The notes: generated by a model from the sequence alone, not told the origin. A stretch of DNA of 62,760 nucleotides from an uncultured Staphylococcaceae bacterium (GCA_964369015.1 CAYJDS010000001.1:1-62760), one strand, 5' to 3'. Shown: positions 9,480-19,136, counted from the first letter of the stretch. Numbers and translations are program-made.

Positions 9480-10595
9480 CTACGTTGACAATTTATTTAA
9501 AATTGCTTCACTAGCGCGAATTGCACCGTAAATTGCAAACCCTAAATTGTATCCACCACAAATTCCGTCAATATTTAACACTTCACCAAGCGCAAACAAA
9601 GTGGGATTATTGTTAAAATTAAACGCAGCACTTAAATCATCAACTTTAATTCCCCCGTGAATTACTTGTGTGTTTTCAGGTTTATTGCCGCTGACTGGCG
9701 TTAGTTCAATAAGCGGACTTTTCCTTTTTTGGTGTGCTTTTAAGTAAGTCACAATGTTTGCGGGAAAAATACCATGATAGCCAAACTCTTCCAACATAAC
9801 TTTAGCAGTATTAAGCTCATATTCAGGCATTAAATTAATTTCTATTTTATAACTACTCTTAGGAGCCTTTTCAATTGCCCATTCAAAATAACTCGAGATT
9901 ACAAAACTAACAATTCCCGAAATACCGTCTTCTTTAAATAAGACTTCGCCTACGTCACTAATGAGTGGTTCGCCATTTTCATATAAAGTAACCTTTGCTT
10001 TAGCTTTTTGGTTAGTGAGAACTTTGAGGTTTTCGCTTACTTTAATCGTTTTAATAACTGCGACAAGGGGCGTTCGTTCTAACTTCAAACTATTTAAGAG
10101 TTCGTCATTAAAGTTATCAAGTGGCGCTTTTAGTAGTCCCGCGCTTGAGCCAAGGGAGAGGATAAGATAATTAAACTCTTCCGCATTAATAAAATACTTT
10201 CCGTCCGCTGTTTTAACCGCACTTACATTAGTGTTAATCTTTACTTTAACATGGAGTCGTTTCACTAATTCTTCCCGAAGCGCCCGCGCGCTTTCGCTAT
10301 AAGGATAAACGCGTCCTTCGCTATCAGTCATCGTTAAGATTTTAAGCTTTGCAAAGAAAGTATCAAGTTTTGTTTCAATTAAAGGCGCGTGATCATGCAT
10401 AAACACTTCGTCATTATAGTGACTTGCTTTAATGCCGCGATTAAAAATATTTGCCCGCCCGTTACCGGTTTTAAGTAGTTTTGTAAGTAGTTTTTCTTCA
10501 CGTTCAAAAATAGTAACGTCGAACTTTTCTTGCAGCAAAAGCGCAAGCACTACTCCGCTGACTCCGCCCCCGATAATCGCGACTTTTTGTTTCAT
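9480..10595 (-). CDS. FAD-dependent flavoprotein, HI0933/YhiN/BaiN-like
   Basis: N-terminal dinucleotide fold VAIIGGGVSGV, NGRANI motif, C-terminal GEVLNIDGICGGYNL typical of this family. The start overlaps the potD stop (TAATG). Confidence 0.7.
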   Translation of the reverse strand: MKQKVAIIGGGVSGVVLALLLQEKFDVTIFEREEKLLTKLLKTGNGRANIFNRGIKASHYNDEVFMHDHAPLIETKLDTFFAKLKILTMTDSEGRVYPYSESARALREELVKRLHVKVKINTNVSAVKTADGKYFINAEEFNYLILSLGSSAGLLKAPLDNFNDELLNSLKLERTPLVAVIKTIKVSENLKVLTNQKAKAKVTLYENGEPLISDVGEVLFKEDGISGIVSFVISSYFEWAIEKAPKSSYKIEINLMPEYELNTAKVMLEEFGYHGIFPANIVTYLKAHQKRKSPLIELTPVSGNKPENTQVIHGGIKVDDLSAAFNFNNNPTLFALGEVLNIDGICGGYNLGFAIYGAIRASEAILNKLST

Positions 10596-12085
10596 TATTT
10601 CCGTGCGTTCCGCTTCCGGCGAGCAGCTTTGTATTTTGTAATAGTTCGGTAAGTAATTAATCCGCCAACTCCAAAAAGAATTAAAACAGTAAAGACAATC
10701 ATCCAGGTTTGAATATCAGTGGCTTTAAAGTTGGCCCACATATCAATAACTAGTTTATTTGTCTCCCCAAAATCGCGCATAACGGCACTTCTAATTACTT
10801 CGTCATACGTCGGAAATTGCGTGGCAAGCTGTCCGCCAATAAAGTCTTCGTCAATATAAATAATGGCGTCCTCTTCTGCTTCAATCGTTCCGGTAAAGAA
10901 GTAACGTAAATCAATTTCGTAACCGTCTTCACTTACTTCGTCATAATCATTAACGTAATCAAGGACGTCTTGACCAGCGATAAAAGAGGTGTAACCAATG
11001 TAATCCATATTAGCAATTGCTACACTAGGATCCGCCATAAAGTTTAAAAATTCTTGGGCTAGTTCTTTATTAGCGCCTTTGGGCATGACCCAGCCGTCAA
11101 ACCAAATGTTGCTGCCTTCTTCGGGAATAACATAACGGAGCGCGTTCAGCCCACTTTCTTCGTCAACCGTTTCACTAATTGAATAAACTGCGTCCCCACT
11201 CCAAGCGGTGTTAACGTCAATAATTCCTTTTATCATATCCGTCTTGCCTTGATCAACTTCAAGGCCGTAAATGTTTTTCTTTAAAGCACTTAAACTTTCG
11301 TTAACGCCTTTAATTGCTTCCGGACTGACGTCATTTAGTAAATCATTAATTTGGGCGTTATAGTCTAAAGCGCTTAAAGTTCCAGCTTGGTAGGAATCCG
11401 CTAAGGCTAAGAGTTCTTCTTCATGAACTTTAAAAAGACCAACAAGATAGGCTTCCCGCATTGAGTCTTTAATTGAGATTTTGTTTTTATATTGTTCGTC
11501 CCACAAAACTGACCAGCGGAGCATATCTTCGTTAATGGTTGGGGTTGCTTCAGCGGCGTAGAGTAAGCCAAATGTCCCCCACATATAACCAAGTGCATAC
11601 TTTGTCCAGCCGTAATCTGCAAAGATTTGTTGGTGATAAGGACTAGCAAACTCATTGTAAAGTGGCACATGCGTATAAGTTCCGTCTTCCTCAACATCAA
11701 ACTCTTCGAGCATATCTTCTTTAATCATCCGTTGAATCATATAGTCACTGGGGGCAATTAAATCATAATCTCCGCCATTGAGTTTAACGATGTTATACAT
11801 ATCTTCATTGGTGGAGAAAGTGTCGTAGATGACATTTACTTCTTCACCGTGTTCTTCTAAGTAATATTCTTTAAACGCTTCAAGCGTATCGTAAGTATCG
11901 TCCTCTTCGTCTTCTGGTTCTGAAATATAGTCTTCCCAGTTATAAATCCGTAAGGTGTTACTCGCAGCGTTTTTTCTCGTTGGTATGCCTTGATGTTTTT
12001 CCACAACAACACTTGGCGAAGAAAGACTTAAAACAATTGCGTTTAAAAAGAGAAATATTCCTAAAATTGCTATTTTCTTCTTCAT
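10595..12085 (-). CDS. potD: Spermidine/putrescine ABC substrate-binding protein with N-terminal signal and C-terminal TM anchor
   Basis: PotD-like blocks (LRIYNWEDYI, DLIAPSDYM, NIWFDGW). C-terminal hydrophobic helix IVFTVLILFGVGGLITY plus a basic tail. Confidence 0.8.
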   Translation of the reverse strand: MKKKIAILGIFLFLNAIVLSLSSPSVVVEKHQGIPTRKNAASNTLRIYNWEDYISEPEDEEDDTYDTLEAFKEYYLEEHGEEVNVIYDTFSTNEDMYNIVKLNGGDYDLIAPSDYMIQRMIKEDMLEEFDVEEDGTYTHVPLYNEFASPYHQQIFADYGWTKYALGYMWGTFGLLYAAEATPTINEDMLRWSVLWDEQYKNKISIKDSMREAYLVGLFKVHEEELLALADSYQAGTLSALDYNAQINDLLNDVSPEAIKGVNESLSALKKNIYGLEVDQGKTDMIKGIIDVNTAWSGDAVYSISETVDEESGLNALRYVIPEEGSNIWFDGWVMPKGANKELAQEFLNFMADPSVAIANMDYIGYTSFIAGQDVLDYVNDYDEVSEDGYEIDLRYFFTGTIEAEEDAIIYIDEDFIGGQLATQFPTYDEVIRSAVMRDFGETNKLVIDMWANFKATDIQTWMIVFTVLILFGVGGLITYRTITKYKAARRKRNARK

Positions 12086-12945
12086 TAGCGGTTCCCCCGT
12101 AGTTGTTCACTGCGTTGTTGAGCTTTACGCGCTGAAGCGGATGTTTTCTTGCGGCCCGAAATTAAGACAACTGCGAGCGTGATTATGAAAATATAAGTTG
12201 TTAGGGCCCGTAATTCAGGCGGAATCGTTGACTTAACAATAACCCCTTGGACAAAGGTTGAAAGGGTGTTAAAGGACTGATTACGTAAGAAGCTGGTAAT
12301 AATGAAGTCGTCAAGCGAAAGCGTAAATGCGAGCATAAAGCCGCTGAAGATGCCCGGTAATATAGCGGGTAACACCACTTTATAAAGGGCGTAGCCTGGT
12401 TTGGCCCCTAAGTCTAAGGCAGCTTCGTAATCATTAGGATCCATTTGTTGCAGTTTTGGTTTAACGTTTAAGTAGACAAAAGAAATACTTAACACAACAT
12501 GACCAATTAAAAGCGTAAAGAAGTTGGGACTCCCAATTTTTACCCCAGCACTTAAAAATATATTCGTAAATACTTTAAAAAGAATTGCCAAACTAATTGC
12601 AATGACAATTTCGGCGTTAACAACAGGAATTTCGTTAATTCCTTCTAAGACTTGACGGGGCCGCTTCTTCATATAGAAGACGCCAACTGCGCCTAAACTA
12701 CCAAGAATTGTCGCCACCAGCGCACTAACGCCAGCAATTAAAAGCGTATTGCCAAGCGCCGTCATAATTTTGGCATTTTGGAATACTTTAAGATACAGTT
12801 CAAACGTAAAGTCAGTGCGTAATGACGCCCAGTCGCCCGTCGTTTCCGCGGCAGTAAAGCTAAACACAATTAAGAAAAGAATTGGTAAATAAAGGAGAAA
12901 AAGAATTAAGTAAACATATGACTTAGCAAGGATTTTCTTTACCAT
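12085..12945 (-). CDS. potC: Spermidine/putrescine ABC permease
   Basis: EAA-type loop EAALDLGAKP, six TM segments, ATGA overlap with potD. Confidence 0.85.
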   Translation of the reverse strand: MVKKILAKSYVYLILFLLYLPILFLIVFSFTAAETTGDWASLRTDFTFELYLKVFQNAKIMTALGNTLLIAGVSALVATILGSLGAVGVFYMKKRPRQVLEGINEIPVVNAEIVIAISLAILFKVFTNIFLSAGVKIGSPNFFTLLIGHVVLSISFVYLNVKPKLQQMDPNDYEAALDLGAKPGYALYKVVLPAILPGIFSGFMLAFTLSLDDFIITSFLRNQSFNTLSTFVQGVIVKSTIPPELRALTTYIFIITLAVVLISGRKKTSASARKAQQRSEQLRGNR

Positions 12946-13739
12946 ACACCTTTACCTTCTTTCTTATTTTTCTTCGCAAAAAGTTTTGGGACAAGGACAC
13001 TAATGCCGATTAAAAGAAGCATGATTAAGGCGAGGAAACTACCGTCATTCCAAATGTTTTGGGTAAAGTAAATTTCAATGTATTTCCCAAATAAAGTTAC
13101 TTTTCCTTCTCCTAATATGTCAGCGATAACGTAACTTGTCATCGTTGGCATAAAGACCATCGTTGCCGCGCTTACAATCCCTGGCATCGTCATTGGTAAA
13201 ACCACATCAAAGAAAGTTCTCACCGGTCCCGCACCTAAATCTTTACTCGCTTCAATTTGACTTTTGTCGAGTTTAAGCATTGTTGTGTAAAGTGGGAGGA
13301 TTGTAAATGGTAAGTAGTTATAAACAAGACCAAAGAGGGTGGCAAGTTCTGGATACTCCCCGCCACTGAGGCCGACTGCGTTAAGGACATCACGCATTGC
13401 CCACGTCCGTAAAATAAAGTTAATCCACATCGGCATCACAAAAAGTGTTACTAAAACAGCATTTTTATTATATTTTTTGTTAGCAAGAATCATCGCTAAA
13501 GGATAGCCAATAAGTAATGTTATTGCGGTATTAATCAGCCCAAAGATAAAGGAAACAAAGAGCACACGCCATTTGGCGCTGCTCGTAAAAAAGTTAACCA
13601 GTGGATCAAAACTTAAGCCGCCACTACTATCGCTAAAAGCATAGTAAAGAATGAAAAAGAGCGGTAAAACGACGAATAATACCATGAAAAGCGCATAAGG
13701 AATGCCAAGATGCGAGCGGCGAAACACACTATTCTTCAT
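12939..13739 (-). CDS. potB: Spermidine/putrescine ABC permease
   Basis: EAA loop EASKDLGAGP, six TM segments, overlaps both neighbours. Confidence 0.85.
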   Translation of the reverse strand: MKNSVFRRSHLGIPYALFMVLFVVLPLFFILYYAFSDSSGGLSFDPLVNFFTSSAKWRVLFVSFIFGLINTAITLLIGYPLAMILANKKYNKNAVLVTLFVMPMWINFILRTWAMRDVLNAVGLSGGEYPELATLFGLVYNYLPFTILPLYTTMLKLDKSQIEASKDLGAGPVRTFFDVVLPMTMPGIVSAATMVFMPTMTSYVIADILGEGKVTLFGKYIEIYFTQNIWNDGSFLALIMLLLIGISVLVPKLFAKKNKKEGKGVW

Positions 13740-15255
13740 AGGGCACTAATTCTGCTTTCGCTTTAAGAATAATATCTTCTGGTTCAACTTTGACACTAAC
13801 AAAATCGTTTTCGTTCCATAAGTCAGGATTTTCAATAACAAAGTCTTCTTCCTCTTCAGTTCGGACAATAACTTGATAGTGATCCCCTAACCAAATAATA
13901 CTAATAACATGGCCTTTAATTTGGCCTGCTTCAATGTCGTCACTAATTTCTAATTTATTAAAGTCAATCGTGGCAATAACATCCACGTCATTTAAGTCGT
14001 ACTTAACGCCGTCTGGTCCAATTAGGTAGCCGTCACTTGCAAGACTACTGCCTTTTAATAACTGCGTAATGTCAGCCTTAAGCGTAACATCGCCAATCAC
14101 TACTTCATTTTTATTATTAATATAAGCATCGCTATAAACATTAGTGGTAATTTCTTTTTTCATAATGTGAATCGCTTCCGGTTCAATTTTAAGACCCACT
14201 TCGGCGCCTGACTTATATTCTTTCGTTGTTTGCACGGTTATCTCGCTCTTGCGGCCAACTCTAACAACATATTCATAGTGGACACCTTTAAAAACTTTGT
14301 TAATAATTAGTCCTTCAACTTGCCCTTTACTCGGGGTTGTAATCGTGACGTCTTCAGGACGAATGACGACATCAACTTTTTCGTTTGTCGGTAAATCGTC
14401 AACACACTCAAAGGTTGTTCCTAAAAACTTAACTTGCAGTTTGCCCGCCATCCGTGCGTTATAAATATTACTTTCACCAATAAAGTTCGCCACGAATGGA
14501 TTTTTTGGTTCGTTATAAATATCAGCAGGAGCCCCAATTTGTTGAATAATTCCGTCATTCATAACCACCACGGTATCACTCATCGCTAAAGCTTCTTCTT
14601 GATCATGAGTTACATAAATAAAGGTAATGCCAAGTCTTTTGTGGAGTGCTTTTAATTCTAATTGCATTTCTTTACGCATTTTTAAGTCCAACGCCCCAAG
14701 TGGTTCGTCAAGTAGTAAAACATCGGGTTCGTTAACAATTGCCCGCGCAATCGCAACCCGTTGTTGTTGACCACCAGAAAGGGTATTAATGTCCCGGGCT
14801 TCAAACTGTTCTAAGTCGACCATTTTCAAGACTTTAACGACTTTTTCATCAATTTCTTTACTCGTTAATTTTCGCGTAATTTCTTTACCCTTTTTAACTT
14901 CTTTAACTTTTTTAATTTTTAAGCCAAAAGCGATATTATCGTAAACATCTAAATGAGGAAATAAGGCATAGCGTTGAAAAACAGTGTTAACCGGGCGCTT
15001 ATAAGGCGGTAGGTTTGTAATATCGTTGCCGTTTAAGACGATTTTTCCTTCACTTGGGATTTCAAAACCTGCGATCATCCGCAGGGTCGTAGTTTTCCCA
15101 CAGCCTGAAGGTCCTAAAAAGGTAATAAACTCACCACGTTTAACATACAAGTTAAACCCATCTACCACGGTCTTACCGTCATAAACCTTTGAAACATTTT
15201 TTAACTCTATAATGACATCTTCCGCGCGCACATTGTGCTTAGCAAGTTTTTCCAT
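13729..15255 (-). CDS. potA: Spermidine/putrescine ABC ATPase, long form with duplicated C-terminal TOBE-like domain
   Basis: Walker A GPSGCGKTT, LSGGQQQR, LLLLDEPLGALD. There is a Lys-rich insertion in the NBD. Two TOBE-like ends (VGLKIEPEAIHIM and VSVKVEPEDIILK). Confidence 0.9.
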   Translation of the reverse strand: MEKLAKHNVRAEDVIIELKNVSKVYDGKTVVDGFNLYVKRGEFITFLGPSGCGKTTTLRMIAGFEIPSEGKIVLNGNDITNLPPYKRPVNTVFQRYALFPHLDVYDNIAFGLKIKKVKEVKKGKEITRKLTSKEIDEKVVKVLKMVDLEQFEARDINTLSGGQQQRVAIARAIVNEPDVLLLDEPLGALDLKMRKEMQLELKALHKRLGITFIYVTHDQEEALAMSDTVVVMNDGIIQQIGAPADIYNEPKNPFVANFIGESNIYNARMAGKLQVKFLGTTFECVDDLPTNEKVDVVIRPEDVTITTPSKGQVEGLIINKVFKGVHYEYVVRVGRKSEITVQTTKEYKSGAEVGLKIEPEAIHIMKKEITTNVYSDAYINNKNEVVIGDVTLKADITQLLKGSSLASDGYLIGPDGVKYDLNDVDVIATIDFNKLEISDDIEAGQIKGHVISIIWLGDHYQVIVRTEEEEDFVIENPDLWNENDFVSVKVEPEDIILKAKAELVPYEE

Positions 15256-15474
15256 TTAAATGCCCCCCTTGACTAACATAAAATATACGGCAAATTAAAT
15301 AAAAATACAATAAAAATAAATCGCAAAATTTACCCCCTCCCCCAATAAGCTAAAAAAGCACGATTATACGGGCATTATTTCCGTTTTTTTACTTGCGGTT
15401 TCTTGCGCTTTTTTACGCCTTATTTGCGCCTTATTCCCACAAGTGATAAAATAAAAGAACTTGAGGTAAGGATT

Positions 15475-16518
15475 ATGAAAAAAGCTTTTAGTTTTGCGCT
15501 TCTGGGCGCACTGCTCTTCACTGGTTGCACAACGAGTAATGACGATAAAGTTACTCTTTATTATAAAGACGAATCACTTAGTGAAATTATTGAATTTAGC
15601 GGCGAAACCGCGCTGACTGATTTTGAAACTAAACTTGATAACAAAGATAACTTTATTATGGTCACTTACGCTGATTCAAGTTGTAGTTGTTGGAATAATT
15701 TTAAACTTTACGTTTTAAATCCGTTTATTAAAGATACAAGTATTCCCGTTTACGCGATTCACACTGATTTGCTGGATGGTAATTATTACGGACTAAAGAT
15801 TAATTCCGCAAAAACCAATACCCCTGCGCTTGGAATTTACGAAAATGGGAAATATAAATTTGGGACAAACTATACCGCTGATAAAGACATCTTTATCAGT
15901 AGCGCGGCTTTTTATAAATATATTGAAAAATATACAATCAAACCACTTATGACTTATATTAGTTTAGAAAAATTAAATACCCTCTTAAAAGGGACTTCGC
16001 CTTTTATTGTTAATTGGAGCTATAACGTTTGTCCTGACTGCAAAGTGTTTGATAATGAATTTATTAAAGGCTACTTAACGCGTGGCTTTAATGCTAAAGT
16101 TCCTTATTACCTCGTCGAATCCGCACTCTTACGGAATAAAGATGACGCTTCGGTTTGGAATAATATTAAAAATACCTATGGTCTTACCAATGTTAAAAAT
16201 ACCAAAACCGGTTACTTAACCGGATTTGTCCCGACGCTGCAATACATTGAACCAGATGGTACAGATTACGTTACAAGTAAAGATATCAGCCCAATTATTA
16301 AAGATATGCTCGTTTTTCAAAACGACAAGTTGAACGAAGCAAAAACTCTTATTACTGATTCTTTCTTTAATGGTGAAAGAGGCAAAACTTACGCTGGAGA
16401 TTATACTTCTTTGATTGGTAAAACCTTGAGCGGTGACCGCGAAGTACGGACAAAAGAGATTTACGACCTACACACCCCCTTTGCAAGTGCTTTCCTGAAC
16501 TATTATTGGAAAAAATAA
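15475..16518 (+). CDS. Lipoprotein with two thioredoxin-like modules (CSC and CPDC)
   Basis: Start moved to the ATG at 15475 (GAGGTAAGG RBS). Lipobox LFTGC. The second module has W..CPDC and a VPTL cis-Pro motif. Confidence 0.6.
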   Translation: MKKAFSFALLGALLFTGCTTSNDDKVTLYYKDESLSEIIEFSGETALTDFETKLDNKDNFIMVTYADSSCSCWNNFKLYVLNPFIKDTSIPVYAIHTDLLDGNYYGLKINSAKTNTPALGIYENGKYKFGTNYTADKDIFISSAAFYKYIEKYTIKPLMTYISLEKLNTLLKGTSPFIVNWSYNVCPDCKVFDNEFIKGYLTRGFNAKVPYYLVESALLRNKDDASVWNNIKNTYGLTNVKNTKTGYLTGFVPTLQYIEPDGTDYVTSKDISPIIKDMLVFQNDKLNEAKTLITDSFFNGERGKTYAGDYTSLIGKTLSGDREVRTKEIYDLHTPFASAFLNYYWKK

Positions 16519-16542
16519 CGATTGATTTTATTAAATGATGAG

Positions 16543-16567
16543 AAAGAGGCGCTTGCCTCTTTTTATT
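16543..16567 (+). terminator. Rho-independent terminator
   Basis: AGAGGC / GCCTCT stem with GCTT loop, followed by TTTTT. Confidence 0.65.
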
Positions 16568-16629
16568 ATAGTTATTTATTGCACTACTTTTTTAATTATT
16601 CTTTATACTAATAAAGAGGATAAAAACAA

Positions 16630-17532
16630 ATGGAAAAGAAAACCTTTCGTGATATTAAAAAAACAAGTAAAGAAGCCGCAAATATTATCATTACCGGCCT
16701 TGCCTTTGATGAAAATACAAGTATTGGTAAAGGTGCAAGTTTTGCGCCTGCTCATTTACGTTTATTAACTAAGTCTATTCCTGGCGTTACTAAGGACGCA
16801 AAACTATTAGATAGGGTTAAATTATTTGATAATGGCGACTTTACTCGACTTGAAAACGAAAGTATTAAAGCCTTCTTCTCCCGCGTCGAAAAAGAAACAC
16901 TTTCGTTATTTAGCGCTCATCAATTTAACATTTTCATCGGCGGGGATCATAGTGTTAACATCCCGCTTGTTTCCGCTTTTTTAAACTACGCTCAAGCAAA
17001 GGGAAAAATCCCCGTTTATATTCACCTCGACGCTCATCCGGATTTAATGGATGTATATTTAGATAATCCCCTATCCCACGCAACCCCAGTTAGACGTCAC
17101 CTTGAACGGGGGTTAAAAGAGGAAAACTTAGTCATGGTTGGTTTACGCGGCTTTGAGGCCGAGGAAGTAGATTTCTTTGCAAAACATCCGCAAGTCCTTC
17201 TCTACACTGCAACTGGCGTTAAAACAAAAGGCATTAAGGCAATAGGCGAGGAAATAAAGGCTAAATTTAGTGATGATAAATATGTAATTTACTTTTCGTA
17301 TGATATTGACGCAAATGACCCAAGTTTTGCCCCAGGAACAGGAACGCCTGAAGCTTTTGGGCTCAGTAGTGACGAAACACTTTACTTTGCGCTAGAAATG
17401 AGTAAACTACATAATACCATTGCGATGGATATAGTTGAAATAAGTCCGCCACTTGACCAAAACGACATCACCTCTTGGCTCGCCTTAAAAACGCTTTACG
17501 AAGTAATCTATGAAAAAACGAGGAATTTATGA
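16630..17532 (+). CDS. speB: Agmatinase / ureohydrolase family
   Basis: Arginase-fold metal motifs GGDHS, DAHPD, SYDIDANDP. Length about 300 aa. Confidence 0.85.
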   Translation: MEKKTFRDIKKTSKEAANIIITGLAFDENTSIGKGASFAPAHLRLLTKSIPGVTKDAKLLDRVKLFDNGDFTRLENESIKAFFSRVEKETLSLFSAHQFNIFIGGDHSVNIPLVSAFLNYAQAKGKIPVYIHLDAHPDLMDVYLDNPLSHATPVRRHLERGLKEENLVMVGLRGFEAEEVDFFAKHPQVLLYTATGVKTKGIKAIGEEIKAKFSDDKYVIYFSYDIDANDPSFAPGTGTPEAFGLSSDETLYFALEMSKLHNTIAMDIVEISPPLDQNDITSWLALKTLYEVIYEKTRNL

Positions 17533-18335
17533 AAAAACACTTAATGCTTGACGCTTATGGTGCGCTTAATTCGCATCTTGATGACATTCGATATATTAAT
17601 GACGTCTTAAACAAGATTATTTTTTCCTTAAAGCTTAATCCAGTTACTCCTCCTCAACTTATTCCTTATTACTATGGAAAAGTTAAAGAAGACATTGGTG
17701 TGACGGCTTTTATGCTGCTTGAAGGCGGACACATTACAATTCATACTTTCCCCCTCCGTGAATGCTATTTTGTCGACATCTACGTCCCCACTGACTTTAA
17801 TGAAGAGGATGCTTATGCCTTACTCTTGAAACTTTTACCATTCGAAAAAGAAATGAGTTTCTTTGAAGTCGTAAATCGCGAAACCTTAAAGTTAGAAAAC
17901 TATGAATATGATCCGAATGCTGACTTTGGACCGCACTTAATGCATCAATTAACGACGAGTAAAACGCCCACTATGGAAGAATTTTATAATTTCCTTGAAA
18001 ACTTTGTTACCAAAATTAATATGGAACCAATTTCACGGGCTTATGTTCAAAAATCCACGATTATTCGCCCAAAATTTCTAAGTGCAATTATTATTATTGC
18101 TCAGTCGCACGTCGCCCTTCATTATAATTACAAAACAAAAACGATTTTTGCTGATATCTTTAGCTGCGCTCCCTTTGATTTCTCACATGTTAAAGAATAT
18201 TACAGTACTTTTGGGGAAGTAATTGACGAACGTATTATCGCGCGGGGCACAAAACACATTTACAAAGTAAAATCAAAAGTTAAAAAAGATGATCTGCGGG
18301 CTTCAATGCGTTGGCAAAAGGCAATGAAGAATTAG
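17529..18335 (+). CDS. Tandem (fused) S-adenosylmethionine-decarboxylase-like pyruvoyl enzyme; substrate uncertain
   Basis: Two SpeH/SpeD-like halves. Half 1 is LLEGGHITIHTFP...VDIYVP, with no Ser at the processing site. Half 2 is IIAQSHVALHYNY...ADIFSCAPFD. ATGA overlap with speB. Confidence 0.6.
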   Translation: MKKHLMLDAYGALNSHLDDIRYINDVLNKIIFSLKLNPVTPPQLIPYYYGKVKEDIGVTAFMLLEGGHITIHTFPLRECYFVDIYVPTDFNEEDAYALLLKLLPFEKEMSFFEVVNRETLKLENYEYDPNADFGPHLMHQLTTSKTPTMEEFYNFLENFVTKINMEPISRAYVQKSTIIRPKFLSAIIIIAQSHVALHYNYKTKTIFADIFSCAPFDFSHVKEYYSTFGEVIDERIIARGTKHIYKVKSKVKKDDLRASMRWQKAMKN

Positions 18336-18353
18336 TTTAAACTAAAAACGATT

Positions 18354-18382
18354 AAAAAGAGGCGCCGTAACGCCTCTTTTTT
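18354..18382. terminator. Bidirectional terminator between convergent genes
   Basis: AGAGGCG / CGCCTCT stem flanked by A5 and T6. Confidence 0.7.
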
Positions 18383-18397
18383 ACTAATCAACGCAGT

Positions 18398-18976
18398 TTA
18401 ACGAATATGTTTATCCACTACTTCTTTAATTTCGCGATAAGTTTCATAGGCATTATCAATATGCGAAAAGCTTGGTTGCTTTTGGCCATTTTGATTTCCA
18501 CCCATTGGCGTAGAGTTTGAAGCAAAAGTAATTGAACCAGTATTTGGCTTAACAAACTTATCAAGCAATCCAACTTTAATTGAAATTGCCCCGATTAACT
18601 TCATTTCTAAAACCATATAATCAACGCCAATAAAGCCTGAACGAATGATAATACGCTTATTAGAGAAGGCATAAAAAGTTTTCTTGTACTGGACGTTTAA
18701 GGCAACAATAAAGAGGATAATAAACAGTACGATCGCAAGCGCAAAAACAAGCATTGTAATGCCAAAGGCCATCCTTCCATCGCTGCCATCCTCATTAATT
18801 ATTGGCATAATACCCGTGAAAGCAAAAATTGAAAACATTAAAAACAAAAGAAACATAATCCCAAAAGGTATACAAGCAAAGAGAATGCTTACCTTAATAT
18901 AACGGCGTTTATTTGGTTTATAAACCTTAATAATTTCTTCGTCTTTATCTAATATTACATCAAACATTTCTTTCAT
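18398..18976 (-). CDS. Membrane protein with bacterial PH (YdbS/YdbT-like) domain
   Basis: Two TM helices followed by a YAFSNKRIIIRSGFIGVDY block typical of bPH_2 domains. Confidence 0.5.
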   Translation of the reverse strand: MKEMFDVILDKDEEIIKVYKPNKRRYIKVSILFACIPFGIMFLLFLMFSIFAFTGIMPIINEDGSDGRMAFGITMLVFALAIVLFIILFIVALNVQYKKTFYAFSNKRIIIRSGFIGVDYMVLEMKLIGAISIKVGLLDKFVKPNTGSITFASNSTPMGGNQNGQKQPSFSHIDNAYETYREIKEVVDKHIR

Positions 18977-19066
18977 AATTAATTCCTCCTTGACTAATAA
19001 AATTATACTTTATTTCTATTTGAATAACAACGGCATAATGATGTTTTTTTTAGGTTTTTTAATTTT

Positions 19067-19097
19067 AAAAAAACCACCGCATTTTAGCGGTGTTTTT
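19067..19097 (-). terminator. Terminator after the P-type ATPase
   Basis: CACCGC / GCGGTG stem flanked by A7 and T5. Confidence 0.6.
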
Positions 19098-19136
19098 CTC
19101 GTTTTTTTAATAGTGTTAAGCCACAACTTCTGCTGC

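Noticed and set aside
13729-15255. Unusually long PotA (508 aa) as a novelty
   Set aside because: The extra length is a Lys-rich NBD insertion plus a second TOBE-like domain. Long PotA forms are typical of Mollicutes-like genomes, so it is noted in the feature table only.
16535-16768. 77-aa plus-strand ORF before/over the agmatinase start
   Set aside because: It begins inside the upstream terminator hairpin and overlaps speB out of frame. speB has its own RBS.
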